From positions 1 to 64,000 of the IMG/VR virus record IMGVR_UViG_3300037067_026718: a stretch of DNA of 64,000 nt. One strand, given 5' to 3'. Position numbers and translations under genes: made by a program. This DNA comes from a virus. Lineage: Duplodnaviria > Caudoviricetes. Positions 32,940 to 42,220 of this stretch are shown here, piece after piece; the stretch's first letter is position 1; every line of letters starts with the position of its first letter. The notes under the pieces are model-generated. The model saw nothing but the letters and a program-made list of their open reading frames with translations. It did no database searches and was not told where the DNA came from.

Positions 32940-34130
32940 CTACGGAAACACATCCACTCGAATAGGCATCACCAAGCATACTCGCTTGGGTACGCATACG
33001 ATATGCTGACGCAGATGCTCTTTGTTCGCCTGAAGAGTGATGACCGGTACCTCGAGATAATTGAACACTTTCTCGAGCAGTTTTGTTTCGAAGCCCACCT
33101 TGAAGGCTTGGTCCTTGGGGTAAGCAGCGGACAAAGTGACTGCAGTGATTGTTTTTTCTGCTTCAGGGAACTTGCTTTTATGGGTTATCATAGACAAAGT
33201 TCCGTCTGATGCTTCGATGGCTACTGACTTGGAAGTGCTGGAAAAGACGCTCACTACATCCTTTTTGAGAGAGATAGACGTCCCTTCATATTCATTGAAA
33301 AGCTGGTAGATAGAAGGGTATGGAGCATCGGTGATGAACGGAAGAGCTATTTTCCATGAGCCCGACTGGATCATCATGTACTGTGCGCTGATAGTGCCGT
33401 CCTCTGGGTTTCTGCAGAAAGCTTTGGAAACCAAAGCAAGCGGCCCTGAGTAACGCTTCAGAAACGACATCAGCTTCCACGGTGGGGAAGTGACAGTGAA
33501 GTCCTGCAGTGCTTCGTGATCGAAAAATCCGGCTATCTCCGGATAGTCTTCAAGAGCCAGGCAGTAACCGTCAGTTGCTACAGCTCTGATGCCTCCAAGG
33601 TTGGCAACAGGACTGATCTCTGCCGTCGATTTGTGGAAGTTGATGCCTCCAAGATTCGTTCTGTATGGATCTGTGGCCAGAAAGGGCTTCATCCTGTTGA
33701 AAAACCCAAGGATGCTTTCGGACGTCGTTGTGTACATGTCTTCAATGATGAGATCATGAATGTCAGGTTTGTCGCAGCATCTGATATGCTTGCTTGTCTG
33801 CGTCCTGACAGCGTTGATTAGGATCAACAAATAGGCATGCTTATCGTTGATTTTGTTGTATTCGATACTGACGTATGAATCGTTGCGAACAGTTGCCAAT
33901 GCAGTTTTCATGGCCCCTGCATCGACATACACTTCTTCGACTGGGGTGTCGTTTGGCAAAGGGCTTGGTGATACATTGAGCCACACCCTGGGATTCTGAA
34001 GCATGAACCCCTGTCTTGAGATACGCAAGGCATTCTTCCGCCCTGGATAGCTCGAGTATCTGTGAAGTCGCTCAGCCCCGATCCCGGCTACAGGGGCCAG
34101 TAGACCCTTCAAAATCGACGCCTGAAACAT
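32940..34130 (-). CDS. dnaN: divergent DNA polymerase III beta sliding clamp
   Basis: ATDPYRTNLGGI, AVATDGYCLAL, DAPYPS, VGF..KLL, C-terminal LVMPIRV; 396 aa. Confidence 0.7.
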   Translation of the reverse strand: MFQASILKGLLAPVAGIGAERLHRYSSYPGRKNALRISRQGFMLQNPRVWLNVSPSPLPNDTPVEEVYVDAGAMKTALATVRNDSYVSIEYNKINDKHAYLLILINAVRTQTSKHIRCCDKPDIHDLIIEDMYTTTSESILGFFNRMKPFLATDPYRTNLGGINFHKSTAEISPVANLGGIRAVATDGYCLALEDYPEIAGFFDHEALQDFTVTSPPWKLMSFLKRYSGPLALVSKAFCRNPEDGTISAQYMMIQSGSWKIALPFITDAPYPSIYQLFNEYEGTSISLKKDVVSVFSSTSKSVAIEASDGTLSMITHKSKFPEAEKTITAVTLSAAYPKDQAFKVGFETKLLEKVFNYLEVPVITLQANKEHLRQHIVCVPKRVCLVMPIRVDVFP

Positions 34131-34152
34131 TGTTCCTCCGTTGCAATGATAT

Positions 34153-34175
34153 GAGAAAGGGGCCATACAGGCCCC
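34153..34175 (-). terminator. intrinsic terminator
   Basis: GGGGCC/GGCCCC followed by TTTCTC. Confidence 0.55.
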
Positions 34176-34180
34176 GTTCT

Positions 34181-34447
34181 TCAGTTGGAATCTTCCAGCA
34201 GAGCCTGGGCCCTGGCCATCCTGGCGTTCACCCGCTCGATCTCCCTTTCGACCTGCTTTACTATGAACTGGGCAGCAGTCTTTTGATCGTCGCAGATAGC
34301 CTGGTTGTATTGGTAGCTACGTTTGGCCATCCTAAAGGGGTTCATATTCAATCTGAAGTTGACTACCCAAACGGACAGCTCGGTCTCCCTTACAACCTCG
34401 AGAGGGCGGATCTCGATCTTCTTGGCATCGGCAAGGTATTTTGTCAC
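34181..34447 (-). CDS. hypothetical protein
   Basis: GGAGG SD. Confidence 0.55.
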   Translation of the reverse strand: MTKYLADAKKIEIRPLEVVRETELSVWVVNFRLNMNPFRMAKRSYQYNQAICDDQKTAAQFIVKQVEREIERVNARMARAQALLEDSN

Positions 34448-34448
34448 G

Positions 34449-34925
34449 CTACACCTCCACTTCGCCGTCGAAGGGACTGCCGTAGACGTGCTTCAAGATT
34501 CGAAGCTTCTTCTCTGGCGACATGGCGCCGATGTCTCCGTGGCCCAGATCTTCATCGATGTTCTCGGCCATGTATTCAAAGGCTTTATCGAGAGCTTCTT
34601 CCCGTGTCTGGCCCAGGAACACCCGGTATCCGTCATCAGGACCGTTGCCTGCATCAGGATCGTCGATGACGATACAGTGCAGCTTGGCCTTGATGTCCGT
34701 GGGCCCGATGTCGTCCGAGTTGTCTTCTACTCCTGCCTCTTGACAGTTGTTGAAGTAGTAGCTAATGGCTAAGTCCGGATTCTCGGGAATGGGAACGCCT
34801 GGAAAAGCATCATCCCATTCTCTGACCACGTAATCGTAGATCTTGGCATTTACGCCTTGCTCTGTGGCTGATATGTAGGTATCCGTCCCATGCTTGTGGG
34901 ACACGGTGCCGGTGAAGATTTTCAT
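34449..34925 (-). CDS. acidic hypothetical phage protein
   Basis: HKHGTD...YV..EW...AI..YF. Confidence 0.6.
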   Translation of the reverse strand: MKIFTGTVSHKHGTDTYISATEQGVNAKIYDYVVREWDDAFPGVPIPENPDLAISYYFNNCQEAGVEDNSDDIGPTDIKAKLHCIVIDDPDAGNGPDDGYRVFLGQTREEALDKAFEYMAENIDEDLGHGDIGAMSPEKKLRILKHVYGSPFDGEVEV

Positions 34926-34934
34926 ACGTTCCTT

Positions 34935-35282
34935 TCAGCTCTCGAGATCTATGTAAAGGCAGCAGCCCAGAGAGCGCACCTCCTCGATCCAGGCGTCAGC
35001 TTCCTCGGTCCATTGTTCTTCGTCACCGAGGCAGCGCTCGATTTCATCCGCCATCCTTTCGGCGGTGACCAGCGTTCTGCTGTTGTCGCCGAAAGAGAAT
35101 TTTATATCGCCGCCAAAAAAGTCTTCTGCCATCCCGGGCCAGAAAGATTCGGCTGTCTCAAAAAGGTCGTTGGCTCCGATGAAGAAAGCGTGGTTCATCG
35201 TCAAGTCGAGACCGATTTCCGCTGCATCTTTGACGATGTTGTTCCGGTCAATGCTCATCTGCAAGAAGTTGTGGTTTATCAT
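34935..35282 (-). CDS. acidic hypothetical protein
   Basis: FSFGDNSRTLVT...YIDLE. Confidence 0.6.
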   Translation of the reverse strand: MINHNFLQMSIDRNNIVKDAAEIGLDLTMNHAFFIGANDLFETAESFWPGMAEDFFGGDIKFSFGDNSRTLVTAERMADEIERCLGDEEQWTEEADAWIEEVRSLGCCLYIDLES

Positions 35283-35292
35283 TTCTTCTCCT

Positions 35293-35646
35293 TCATGACG
35301 TCACTGTGACGTCTGAGTTCCACTCCTCGACTGAAAGCTCAGTTTCCCCGGAAAGAAGACCTACGTCATAAAGATGCTCAGCGGCTGCAATAAGCAGGTC
35401 TTCAATCTTCTGTCGTGGATCCGGAAGGTCCTTGGCTTCGCTGACATCGTACTCCACCGTGATGGTGAGCACGGCTTTCATTGGATTCTTCCAGTCCGGG
35501 GAATTGCCGGAGGCTCCGCATTCTTCGCATTTGAAGCTGTCGTATGAGGTCACCATCTCCTTTTGCTGTGTAACCGGATCCCATACGGCAGTTGCATCAA
35601 AGAACAGCTTCGTAGAGCCGCAACCAGGGCATACTGGTGTTTTCAT
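35293..35646 (-). CDS. Zn-ribbon protein
   Basis: CPGCGS...DA.A.WD...CEECG. Confidence 0.6.
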   Translation of the reverse strand: MKTPVCPGCGSTKLFFDATAVWDPVTQQKEMVTSYDSFKCEECGASGNSPDWKNPMKAVLTITVEYDVSEAKDLPDPRQKIEDLLIAAAEHLYDVGLLSGETELSVEEWNSDVTVTS

Positions 35647-36092
35647 ATTTGGTCTCCAACCTGGTATTCGATACCGTCATGGGTCCGGAAGACAGGAGCA
35701 AAGGAGAAGTTGTTGCTGGTTTTGATGGAGTAGGTGTCGTTGAATCCTATCTTGTAGTAATGCTCGTTTACTCCTATCTGGTCGCCTATGCTCTGGCCGT
35801 AGCTTGTCTTCCTCTCGGTTACCACAACGATTAGTTTTACCTTTTCAATGAAAACTATCCACCGAGGGTTTATCTTCATCGTTGTGGACTTGGGCGGGGA
35901 GAGGGTAACCAAGTAGAACATGGGTTCATTGCCCCACGCCCTGCCATCCTTATGAATGCTCTTGGCGTAATACTCCCGGTAGGCACCCCCCATGCCTCCG
36001 CCATGCGTAACGGCGATCTTGTAGGCGGTCAACTCACGGCTACTCACCAGCTCCACTGGAGATGACTCGATCCCTATGACATGATGTTTCAT
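35643..36092 (-). CDS. hypothetical protein
   Basis: ATGA overlaps. Confidence 0.55.
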   Translation of the reverse strand: MKHHVIGIESSPVELVSSRELTAYKIAVTHGGGMGGAYREYYAKSIHKDGRAWGNEPMFYLVTLSPPKSTTMKINPRWIVFIEKVKLIVVVTERKTSYGQSIGDQIGVNEHYYKIGFNDTYSIKTSNNFSFAPVFRTHDGIEYQVGDQI

Positions 36093-36436
36093 TGGTCTCC
36101 TTCAGAGTACCTTTGATGGATCTTCATGGCCACCGGACAGCTCTTACGGAGTTCGTTGGCGTGCTTGCCATCGTATGACTTCAGTATCGACTCAACGGCG
36201 TAGTAGACCTGCTTTGCTTCCCAAAGCTCAGGCCATGTTACCGTGGCGAAAGCCCAGTCACAGTCTTCTTCGAGCCAGCATGCCCCAGCGAATGGAGTGA
36301 ATGTTGGAAACCTGCGTTCGATCTCCAGCATCCGCTCCGCAGACAGCCGGTAACCGCCATGGCCGGCAGTGGAAACACTGATGATCCCAGGAGCCTTAGT
36401 CTCCTGCTGCTGCGATGGGCCCCACGGGGTGTGCAT
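36089..36436 (-). CDS. conserved early phage/plasmid protein (DUF7007-like)
   Basis: TPWG...VSTAGHGG..LS...EEDCDW. Confidence 0.7.
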   Translation of the reverse strand: MHTPWGPSQQQETKAPGIISVSTAGHGGYRLSAERMLEIERRFPTFTPFAGACWLEEDCDWAFATVTWPELWEAKQVYYAVESILKSYDGKHANELRKSCPVAMKIHQRYSEGDQ

Positions 36437-36680
36437 GATCCTCCATTTCCTTGGCTTTGCTTTCGCAAGCTTTCAGTGCGTCGGGAAAATCGTTGAAGCT
36501 TCCATCAACACCACAGAGGAACGCCAACTGATAAACCATCAGCCGAATGGCCGGGTCCTGGCGCATTGCCGTCATACCGCCAGGCATCATATCGAGCAGG
36601 TGTTTGTGAATTACGTCGGCGACGGCTATGGGGTTGCATGCCCCTGCGGAGATGTCGATGGCGTCCTGGAAGCGGTTCAT
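36396..36680 (-). CDS. hypothetical protein
   Basis: ACNP...DPAIRLMV.QLA.L. Confidence 0.6.
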   Translation of the reverse strand: MNRFQDAIDISAGACNPIAVADVIHKHLLDMMPGGMTAMRQDPAIRLMVYQLAFLCGVDGSFNDFPDALKACESKAKEMEDHAHPVGPIAAAGD

Positions 36681-36843
36681 TTCCCCGCCACCGTCAGGAT
36701 AGCATCGACTATCACTTCCGCTTTTTCGCGTGTACGAGTACGCGCCACTTCCCGGGGCTCATGGAAATCGTCTCCTTCGATGCAGTCGCCATTTTTGTCT
36801 AGTCCTTCGATGTGCAACCACACCTTGTAGTGAGTGACTTTGC

Positions 36844-37152
36844 TCATTTCGGTCCTTTCTCGATCGGAAGCCAGCCGCCCAGCTTTTCAGCTACGGCGTT
36901 AAGGATCTCGACCCACTGCTCCTCTGTTTTCATGGGATGAGCGACCAGTTCGTCAATCACCACTTCCCACTCAACGCCTTCTTCGCCGTAAACAGTGTTC
37001 TGCGCGAGGAAGCATGCCATCTGGTAACTTACGCACTGCAGCTTGTCCTCCCGGTCGATCTCTTCTGTTGACCAAGCCTGAGGATCGTCTATGTGCTCCT
37101 GGGCGTAGTTGCAGGCTTTAGCCATAAACAAGACAAGGTCTTCGGGCTTCAT
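36844..37152 (-). CDS. hypothetical protein
   Basis: Fits gene tiling. Confidence 0.55.
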   Translation of the reverse strand: MKPEDLVLFMAKACNYAQEHIDDPQAWSTEEIDREDKLQCVSYQMACFLAQNTVYGEEGVEWEVVIDELVAHPMKTEEQWVEILNAVAEKLGGWLPIEKGPK

Positions 37153-37361
37153 GAGTCACCCCCTTCGTCGTCTTCAGGTTTGTAGTCAGGATCTTTATTC
37201 TCCTCAATGAAGTCCCAGGCTCTGGTACGCATTACATCTTCGCAGTCCCCGGGATCTGCCCCCTCGAGTTCGTTGGAGAGAAAGACGGCAACGGCAGCTC
37301 CCTTGTTCCTGATGGAGTCAAGAGCTGCCCTTTCCTCTGGAGTGAAGAAGCTGTCAGGCAT
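37149..37361 (-). CDS. small protein, similar to 38700-38915
   Basis: MPDSFF start after AAGGAGG. Confidence 0.6.
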   Translation of the reverse strand: MPDSFFTPEERAALDSIRNKGAAVAVFLSNELEGADPGDCEDVMRTRAWDFIEENKDPDYKPEDDEGGDS

Positions 37362-37638
37362 GGTCCCTCCTTGTGCATCGAGGAGAGAATCGCCTTTCGA
37401 GTTTGCCGGTACCGCGGTCGAGGCAGTTCCTGATGCCGTAGATGTCATGGGCGAAATCAAAAGACGGGAAGTTCTTCAGCCGCTCGAGATCCAAAGGAAC
37501 AGTTGCATGAACGGCTGACAGATCCATCTCGAGTTCGAGCGGATCAATATCACGTAGCTCAAGCCTTGCTCTTCTGATGATGGCGTCCATCCAGCCCCGC
37601 TCGGCCACTGTAAGGGTTGCGAATTCAACAGGCATCAT
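37354..37638 (-). CDS. DUF6874-like protein
   Basis: MDLSAVH...LDL..L.....DFAHDI.GI...LDR.TG.L...F.PR. Confidence 0.7.
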   Translation of the reverse strand: MMPVEFATLTVAERGWMDAIIRRARLELRDIDPLELEMDLSAVHATVPLDLERLKNFPSFDFAHDIYGIRNCLDRGTGKLERRFSPRCTRRDHA

Positions 37639-37970
37639 TCACCTTTTCCTGAGGCTTGGTCCTCTATTTGAGCTTTGACCCACTCGGCATAGCCGCGCTG
37701 AGTATTGCCAGCCGCGACTTCCTGCTGCCAATCCGAAGCAGGAAAGTCAGGATGATCCTGCCACGGCTCGAGGTCGAAGGTGACGTATTCTTGGATATCG
37801 GCGTCGGAGACTAGTTTCTCGAAACCGATCCACATGGGAAGAGTTACCTTTTCGTCTCCGGCCTTGATGTCGTCGATATCAACGAGCCTGAGGTCGACGT
37901 GGCTGGGCGAAAAAAGTTCGGCTACTCCGCCTTTTACTACTACCAACCCTATTGCTGGAATCTGGGGCAT
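37635..37970 (-). CDS. hypothetical protein
   Basis: VVVKGGVA; HPDFP.SDWQ.EVA.G.T..GY.EWV. Confidence 0.6.
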   Translation of the reverse strand: MPQIPAIGLVVVKGGVAELFSPSHVDLRLVDIDDIKAGDEKVTLPMWIGFEKLVSDADIQEYVTFDLEPWQDHPDFPASDWQQEVAAGNTQRGYAEWVKAQIEDQASGKGE

Positions 37971-38260
37971 TTGGGGCTTCCTTTCTGGTTGCAACCAAGG
38001 TCTGGTATCAGCATCAGAGTGTCGTTGGAAAACAAGTCGCACTCAAACCCTGGCAGGCCTTCATCATGTGTCCAAGTGTGCTCTTCTATGCCCGGGCGGT
38101 ATGCATTCCCGTGTACCTTGGCTCGCCCTTGGGATAGGCAGTTAAGGATGAGCTTCTGCGTTTCTTGCTCTGAAGGATCATTCCTCAACTGCTCTACTTC
38201 TTCGTCAGTGAGCGAAAGAGTCACCCCGAGGCGCATCCATAGCTCTTGGAGGCTCATCAT
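37949..38260 (-). CDS. hypothetical protein
   Basis: LWMRLGVTL motif. Confidence 0.55.
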   Translation of the reverse strand: MMSLQELWMRLGVTLSLTDEEVEQLRNDPSEQETQKLILNCLSQGRAKVHGNAYRPGIEEHTWTHDEGLPGFECDLFSNDTLMLIPDLGCNQKGSPKCPRFQQ

Positions 38261-38700
38261 TCCACCTTCACTACTTGTTCTTTGCCCAGATGCCCCAGTA
38301 CGGCCTTCACGATATCAATTGTTCCGGAGTCTCCGGTCTGCTGTGTTATGAAGCGTACCTGGCTGCTGGAGCTGCTGTTGTTGACATTGGAAGCCATGTG
38401 GCTGGCAACGTCATGTACCGTGTCGTCGAGAAGGTCTGTGTTCATCACTCCAGCCTCATCCAAGAGAGACATGATGGATGCGTCCCTTTGTTCAGCCTGG
38501 AAATCCCTGACACAGTCGCAGGGATTGAGTGACACCGGGAAATGGCCTTCATTACGGATCTCTATTGTCAGGCCCTCGCTTACCCACTGGACAAGTTTGA
38601 CCCTCATGAAGTCGCATTCCAAGGCAGACCATAACATTAGCTTCGTAACGTCGACGACCCGACCGCACATGGGGCAGATAGCTATGATCCATCGGTTCAT
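38257..38700 (-). CDS. hypothetical protein
   Basis: LDD.VHD.AS.MAS.VNN motif. Confidence 0.6.
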   Translation of the reverse strand: MNRWIIAICPMCGRVVDVTKLMLWSALECDFMRVKLVQWVSEGLTIEIRNEGHFPVSLNPCDCVRDFQAEQRDASIMSLLDEAGVMNTDLLDDTVHDVASHMASNVNNSSSSSQVRFITQQTGDSGTIDIVKAVLGHLGKEQVVKVE

Positions 38701-38915
38701 TAAAGCCCTCCGTTGCTGTTTTCTATGCGCTGCATGGCTTCATGGACCATGGCTCTTTCAAGCGCTTTGGATGATTGACCCACGATTTCTTCAGGGCTCA
38801 GTACGACCACGCACCCGCCCCGGGAACGAATGGCCTGCAGAACACTCCGTTCTTCCGGACTCAGAAAGTGGCTGCCTACCTGAACCACCTTCTGCGTTTC
38901 TCTTTGAGCAGCCAT
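38700..38915 (-). CDS. small protein, similar to 37149-37361
   Basis: GGAGG SD. Confidence 0.55.
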   Translation of the reverse strand: MAAQRETQKVVQVGSHFLSPEERSVLQAIRSRGGCVVVLSPEEIVGQSSKALERAMVHEAMQRIENSNGGL

Positions 38916-39094
38916 GAGTCACCTCCCAAGAGGATTATGACACCCGCTATGGCAACCAAACCCGGATAGATCGGGATGCCAAGCGGGTTGATCTCAAAAC
39001 ACATCATCGCCGAATAGACAAGAGTGATGAGTCCGAAGGTCATGAGGAAGCAGGGCCCTACGAAGTTAGGTTCTTTCATGGGGGTTCTCTGCAT
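38876..39094 (-). CDS. two-TM membrane protein
   Basis: Two hydrophobic segments and a basic tail. Confidence 0.5.
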   Translation of the reverse strand: MQRTPMKEPNFVGPCFLMTFGLITLVYSAMMCFEINPLGIPIYPGLVAIAGVIILLGGDSWLLKEKRRRWFR

Positions 39095-39521
39095 TTTCCT
39101 TGATATCCTGGGCTTGGGCTGCGATGTGGGACGGAGTGTCTTCGTCAGGCCCCATCTCGATCACTGCGTCAAGAAGAGCTTTCTCGATAAGCTTGAAGTT
39201 GGTATCTGCATACCGGTGCGGGATGGCGTTCAACCGCTGCAGTGCGTGGCCCAGCGCCTGGCACATTTGAACCATCAAAGGATTGGGGCCGATTACTTTG
39301 TGCATGGCCCGTATGACCTCGTCGGCGTCCCCCAGCGGGATGTCTATGGAGCAGTTGGCCCCGTTGCCCTTCGATGTCACCGGCTGAATGGTGATAGTTG
39401 CGGCATCGGGCTCCCGGTCAGTGTATTCATTGAGCCAAAGATTTACCCCTCTGCACTTTCCGGTTCCATTCCTGCCGTGAAATGTTACGTTGTCGTGGGC
39501 AGCCTTGAATTCTACGCGCAT
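39066..39521 (-). CDS. hypothetical protein
   Basis: MRVEF start after AGGAGG. Confidence 0.6.
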   Translation of the reverse strand: MRVEFKAAHDNVTFHGRNGTGKCRGVNLWLNEYTDREPDAATITIQPVTSKGNGANCSIDIPLGDADEVIRAMHKVIGPNPLMVQMCQALGHALQRLNAIPHRYADTNFKLIEKALLDAVIEMGPDEDTPSHIAAQAQDIKENAENPHERT

Positions 39522-40183
39522 ACTTCCTCCTTGATTGAGAGTGTGTATTCTTCGTTGTCTTCGCAATGACAGCACTGCCCGAAGCACCATTCATCGGGTA
39601 TTCTCGGTTCGAACACAGTTCCGAAGGTAGGTGCGTCGTCGCAGCCACAGGCTTTGATGGTTCCGTCAGGCATGATGATCATGTCTTCACACACGCAGTC
39701 GATTACTCCCCAGTCGCACCGGCCAGCACACATCTCCCTGCCCTCAACGTTGCGTATCGCCCTTTGGTCATCTGCAGGAGTGGGTACGTAGAAAGTATCG
39801 ATGCCTGAAGACTTTGTTTCCCTTGTGAACGCTTTCAGCACTTTGGGGTCGATAGGGTCGTGGTAGCTGTCCTGGCTCAGATCACAGCCTATTACTCCTT
39901 TCTGGGCCATCTTTGCCAGCGCCAAAGCGGTGTTCGTTATGCTGCCATTGGTGGCCAGCCAGACGTAGTCTATGTTGGCAATCGATTCCCCAAGAATCTG
40001 CCAGAACAGCGGATGCAATGTAGGCTCTCCTCCGCCCAAGGAGATAGCCTCCCCGCCCCAATCGAGAACGAACGCCAAGGCCTTCACCCAGGTTTCGTAA
40101 GACATGTCCTGGCCTTCCGCGGTGCAATTGCTGCAGCAGTGCTCGCAGCTCATGTTGCAGCGCGAAGTGATCATTACGTACAT
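39512..40183 (-). CDS. radical SAM protein with SPASM/twitch-like tail
   Basis: ITSRCNMSCEHC; GGGEPTLHP; ATNGS; CVC...MPDGTIKAC. Confidence 0.88.
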   Translation of the reverse strand: MYVMITSRCNMSCEHCCSNCTAEGQDMSYETWVKALAFVLDWGGEAISLGGGEPTLHPLFWQILGESIANIDYVWLATNGSITNTALALAKMAQKGVIGCDLSQDSYHDPIDPKVLKAFTRETKSSGIDTFYVPTPADDQRAIRNVEGREMCAGRCDWGVIDCVCEDMIIMPDGTIKACGCDDAPTFGTVFEPRIPDEWCFGQCCHCEDNEEYTLSIKEEVCA

Positions 40184-40192
40184 AGGCCTCCT

Positions 40193-40223
40193 AAAGAAAA
40201 AGGCCCCGGGATTAACCGGGGCC
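40193..40223 (-). terminator. intrinsic terminator
   Basis: GGCCCCGG/CCGGGGCC followed by TTTTTCTTT. Confidence 0.75.
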
Positions 40224-40239
40224 CATGCTTCAGCAGAAG

Positions 40240-40671
40240 TTACTTCTCTATGGGAGCAAGCCCCATTCTGTTCAGCCAGTCAGAGCAGAGGTCGACACAG
40301 TCTCCGGCATCGACGTCCTTGTCGGGATTGACTCGCCCCGGGTATGCCTCGTCATAGTAGAACATTTCCTGCAGCGTCTGGAGGAACTCTTCAACTATGG
40401 GACGATTGGGCATTGACGGAACAGGAGGAAGAACATAGAGAGGATCCGGAGCGGGTTCCTCGGGCTCCTCGAGACAGATCGGGTTTTCGAGGTGCGCTCT
40501 GTCAGTACCAACCACGACGGACAGCAAGTGACTTGAAAGATCGAGGTCAATGCTCGCAATGTGATCGTACAGCAGGTTGAAAGTGTCTACATCAACACCA
40601 AACGCATTGTTGAGCAAGCCGTTGATGAGATCAACAAGCTTTTCCCGTTCGGGAGTTCTTTCAAGATCCAC
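40240..40671 (-). CDS. hypothetical protein
   Basis: N-terminus similar to 16245-16703. Confidence 0.6.
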   Translation of the reverse strand: MDLERTPEREKLVDLINGLLNNAFGVDVDTFNLLYDHIASIDLDLSSHLLSVVVGTDRAHLENPICLEEPEEPAPDPLYVLPPVPSMPNRPIVEEFLQTLQEMFYYDEAYPGRVNPDKDVDAGDCVDLCSDWLNRMGLAPIEK

Positions 40672-40864
40672 GGTTGACCTCAGCGATGGCTTTTGCTATG
40701 CCGGATTCCGTGGCATGGTCTTCAGGGATCCTTACGGATTCTCGGCGCTCCAGCTCGGCCAGCTTTTCTGCTTGAGTGAAGTCCGGGCTGGCGACAAGCT
40801 TCTTGAGCTTGAGTGATCCGATTTCAGGTTTCAACATAGCCTCTCTTTCTTTTCCTTCTTTGCG

Positions 40865-41419
40865 TTATTGCTGACTTTTAAGCCACTTTTTAAGGGCGCC
40901 GGTATCCATCAGGCATTTCTCTTGTCTCGCGTAACACAGGGTCCGGATGTCCATGTTGGCGTATCTGAGAAGAGATGAGATATCTACATCAGTGAGCCTG
41001 TAAGCTTCTTTAATGAACGATATTTCTATCTCTTGGCCTTTTTTGCTAGCTATATACTGCAGTATCGGTAGGAACTTCGATGTAGCTTTCTCGTCGTTCA
41101 CTACTTTTGCATTGGATACATCGACCCAAACCTTTAAGCCTTCCCAATCCTTGTCCAGGGATCGGCAGTAAAGAACAACTTCAAAACTGTCTTTGTTGGA
41201 CAATTTCTGCATTATCTTCGGCTTGGGTATCAAAGCTACGAATTGCAGCCTTTCTCCTGCCGGAACGTCCCTGGAGCCAGTCATGTCTTCCGGACATTCG
41301 CCTCCCGCAGGTACCTTGAGAATAGGAGTAACAACCGTTCCTGGCACAAGGTTTTGTGCTTCGTGCAGATTCATAATAACCTCCATTTCATGGCTTTTAC
41401 CTAAAGATTCTTGATCCAC
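40865..41419 (-). CDS. hypothetical protein
   Basis: 184-aa ORF; probable start MNLHEA after GGAGG. Confidence 0.6.
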   Translation of the reverse strand: MDQESLGKSHEMEVIMNLHEAQNLVPGTVVTPILKVPAGGECPEDMTGSRDVPAGERLQFVALIPKPKIMQKLSNKDSFEVVLYCRSLDKDWEGLKVWVDVSNAKVVNDEKATSKFLPILQYIASKKGQEIEISFIKEAYRLTDVDISSLLRYANMDIRTLCYARQEKCLMDTGALKKWLKSQQ

Positions 41420-41715
41420 ACCACGCAGAAGGTGGTGTAGCTGGGTAATGAGGAGCGAACGGCGGCAGTTATCTCATTCCATATCTCTTCCGAGAGGAAG
41501 TCTTGTTCGCTGCCTTCTTCACCCTCCCAGGTCATGAAGACGTCGCTGTCTACATCCGTCGGAGTGCCGGCAACATGCCAAGTGGCCGCTCGGCGACTTC
41601 CGTGCTTATTGGGCTCTTCCCCGTTGTAGTTGAGCATTTTGAGGAACCCGGGATCCTTGAACCACTCGGGGGCGTGAATCACAACGCATGGGACTGGTTT
41701 TTGTACCTCAATCAT
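41401..41715 (-). CDS. conserved phage/plasmid protein
   Basis: IHAPEWF.DP.F...ATWH...SDVF. Confidence 0.6.
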   Translation of the reverse strand: MIEVQKPVPCVVIHAPEWFKDPGFLKMLNYNGEEPNKHGSRRAATWHVAGTPTDVDSDVFMTWEGEEGSEQDFLSEEIWNEITAAVRSSLPSYTTFCVVWIKNL

Positions 41716-41965
41716 TGCCTTCCCCGTTCTTGATCCTGTTGATCCTCAGGGCGTAGGCTTCGGCATCCAGCCAAGCCTGAGTTTCCAGCAGCTCTGCAAT
41801 GTCGCACTGCCTGTTGATCTCATCAACCAAGGCCAACAGAATGCCGGCCACCTTGTCCCCGGAGTGCATTCCCCGCAGGATCGAAACCTTGGCGCTCTTC
41901 ACTGCTGCCAGGATGTCTTCGTTCGAAACAGGTTTTACCTCTACGGGTTCTTTCTTTCTGGGCAT
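41708..41965 (-). CDS. hypothetical protein
   Basis: AAAGGA SD. Confidence 0.55.
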   Translation of the reverse strand: MPRKKEPVEVKPVSNEDILAAVKSAKVSILRGMHSGDKVAGILLALVDEINRQCDIAELLETQAWLDAEAYALRINRIKNGEGND

Positions 41966-41981
41966 GTCATTCCTTTCAGCG

Positions 41982-42011
41982 AAAAGAAAGGCCGGAGCAA
42001 AGGCCCCGGCC
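41982..42011 (-). terminator. intrinsic terminator
   Basis: GGCCGGGGC/GCTCCGGCC followed by TTTCTTTT. Confidence 0.7.
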
Positions 42012-42031
42012 CTGCAGCCGCTTGCTTTCTA

Positions 42032-42220
42032 TCACTCGCTCTTAGAAAACGGAACAGTACACCAATCCGGTATCTCCGGATTCTTCTCCCGGCCTATGTC
42101 TCGGTTTTCTTTCAAGCATCTGGCCACACCTGGATGATGGGGACGACCCGGTATGTACTTATACAGCAGGCAGTCCCCACATCGCTCCAGGTAGATGACT
42201 TCGATCTCGTCACCCATCAT
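42032..42220 (-). CDS. small Cys-rich protein
   Basis: CGDC...IPDWC. Confidence 0.5.
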   Translation of the reverse strand: MMGDEIEVIYLERCGDCLLYKYIPGRPHHPGVARCLKENRDIGREKNPEIPDWCTVPFSKSE

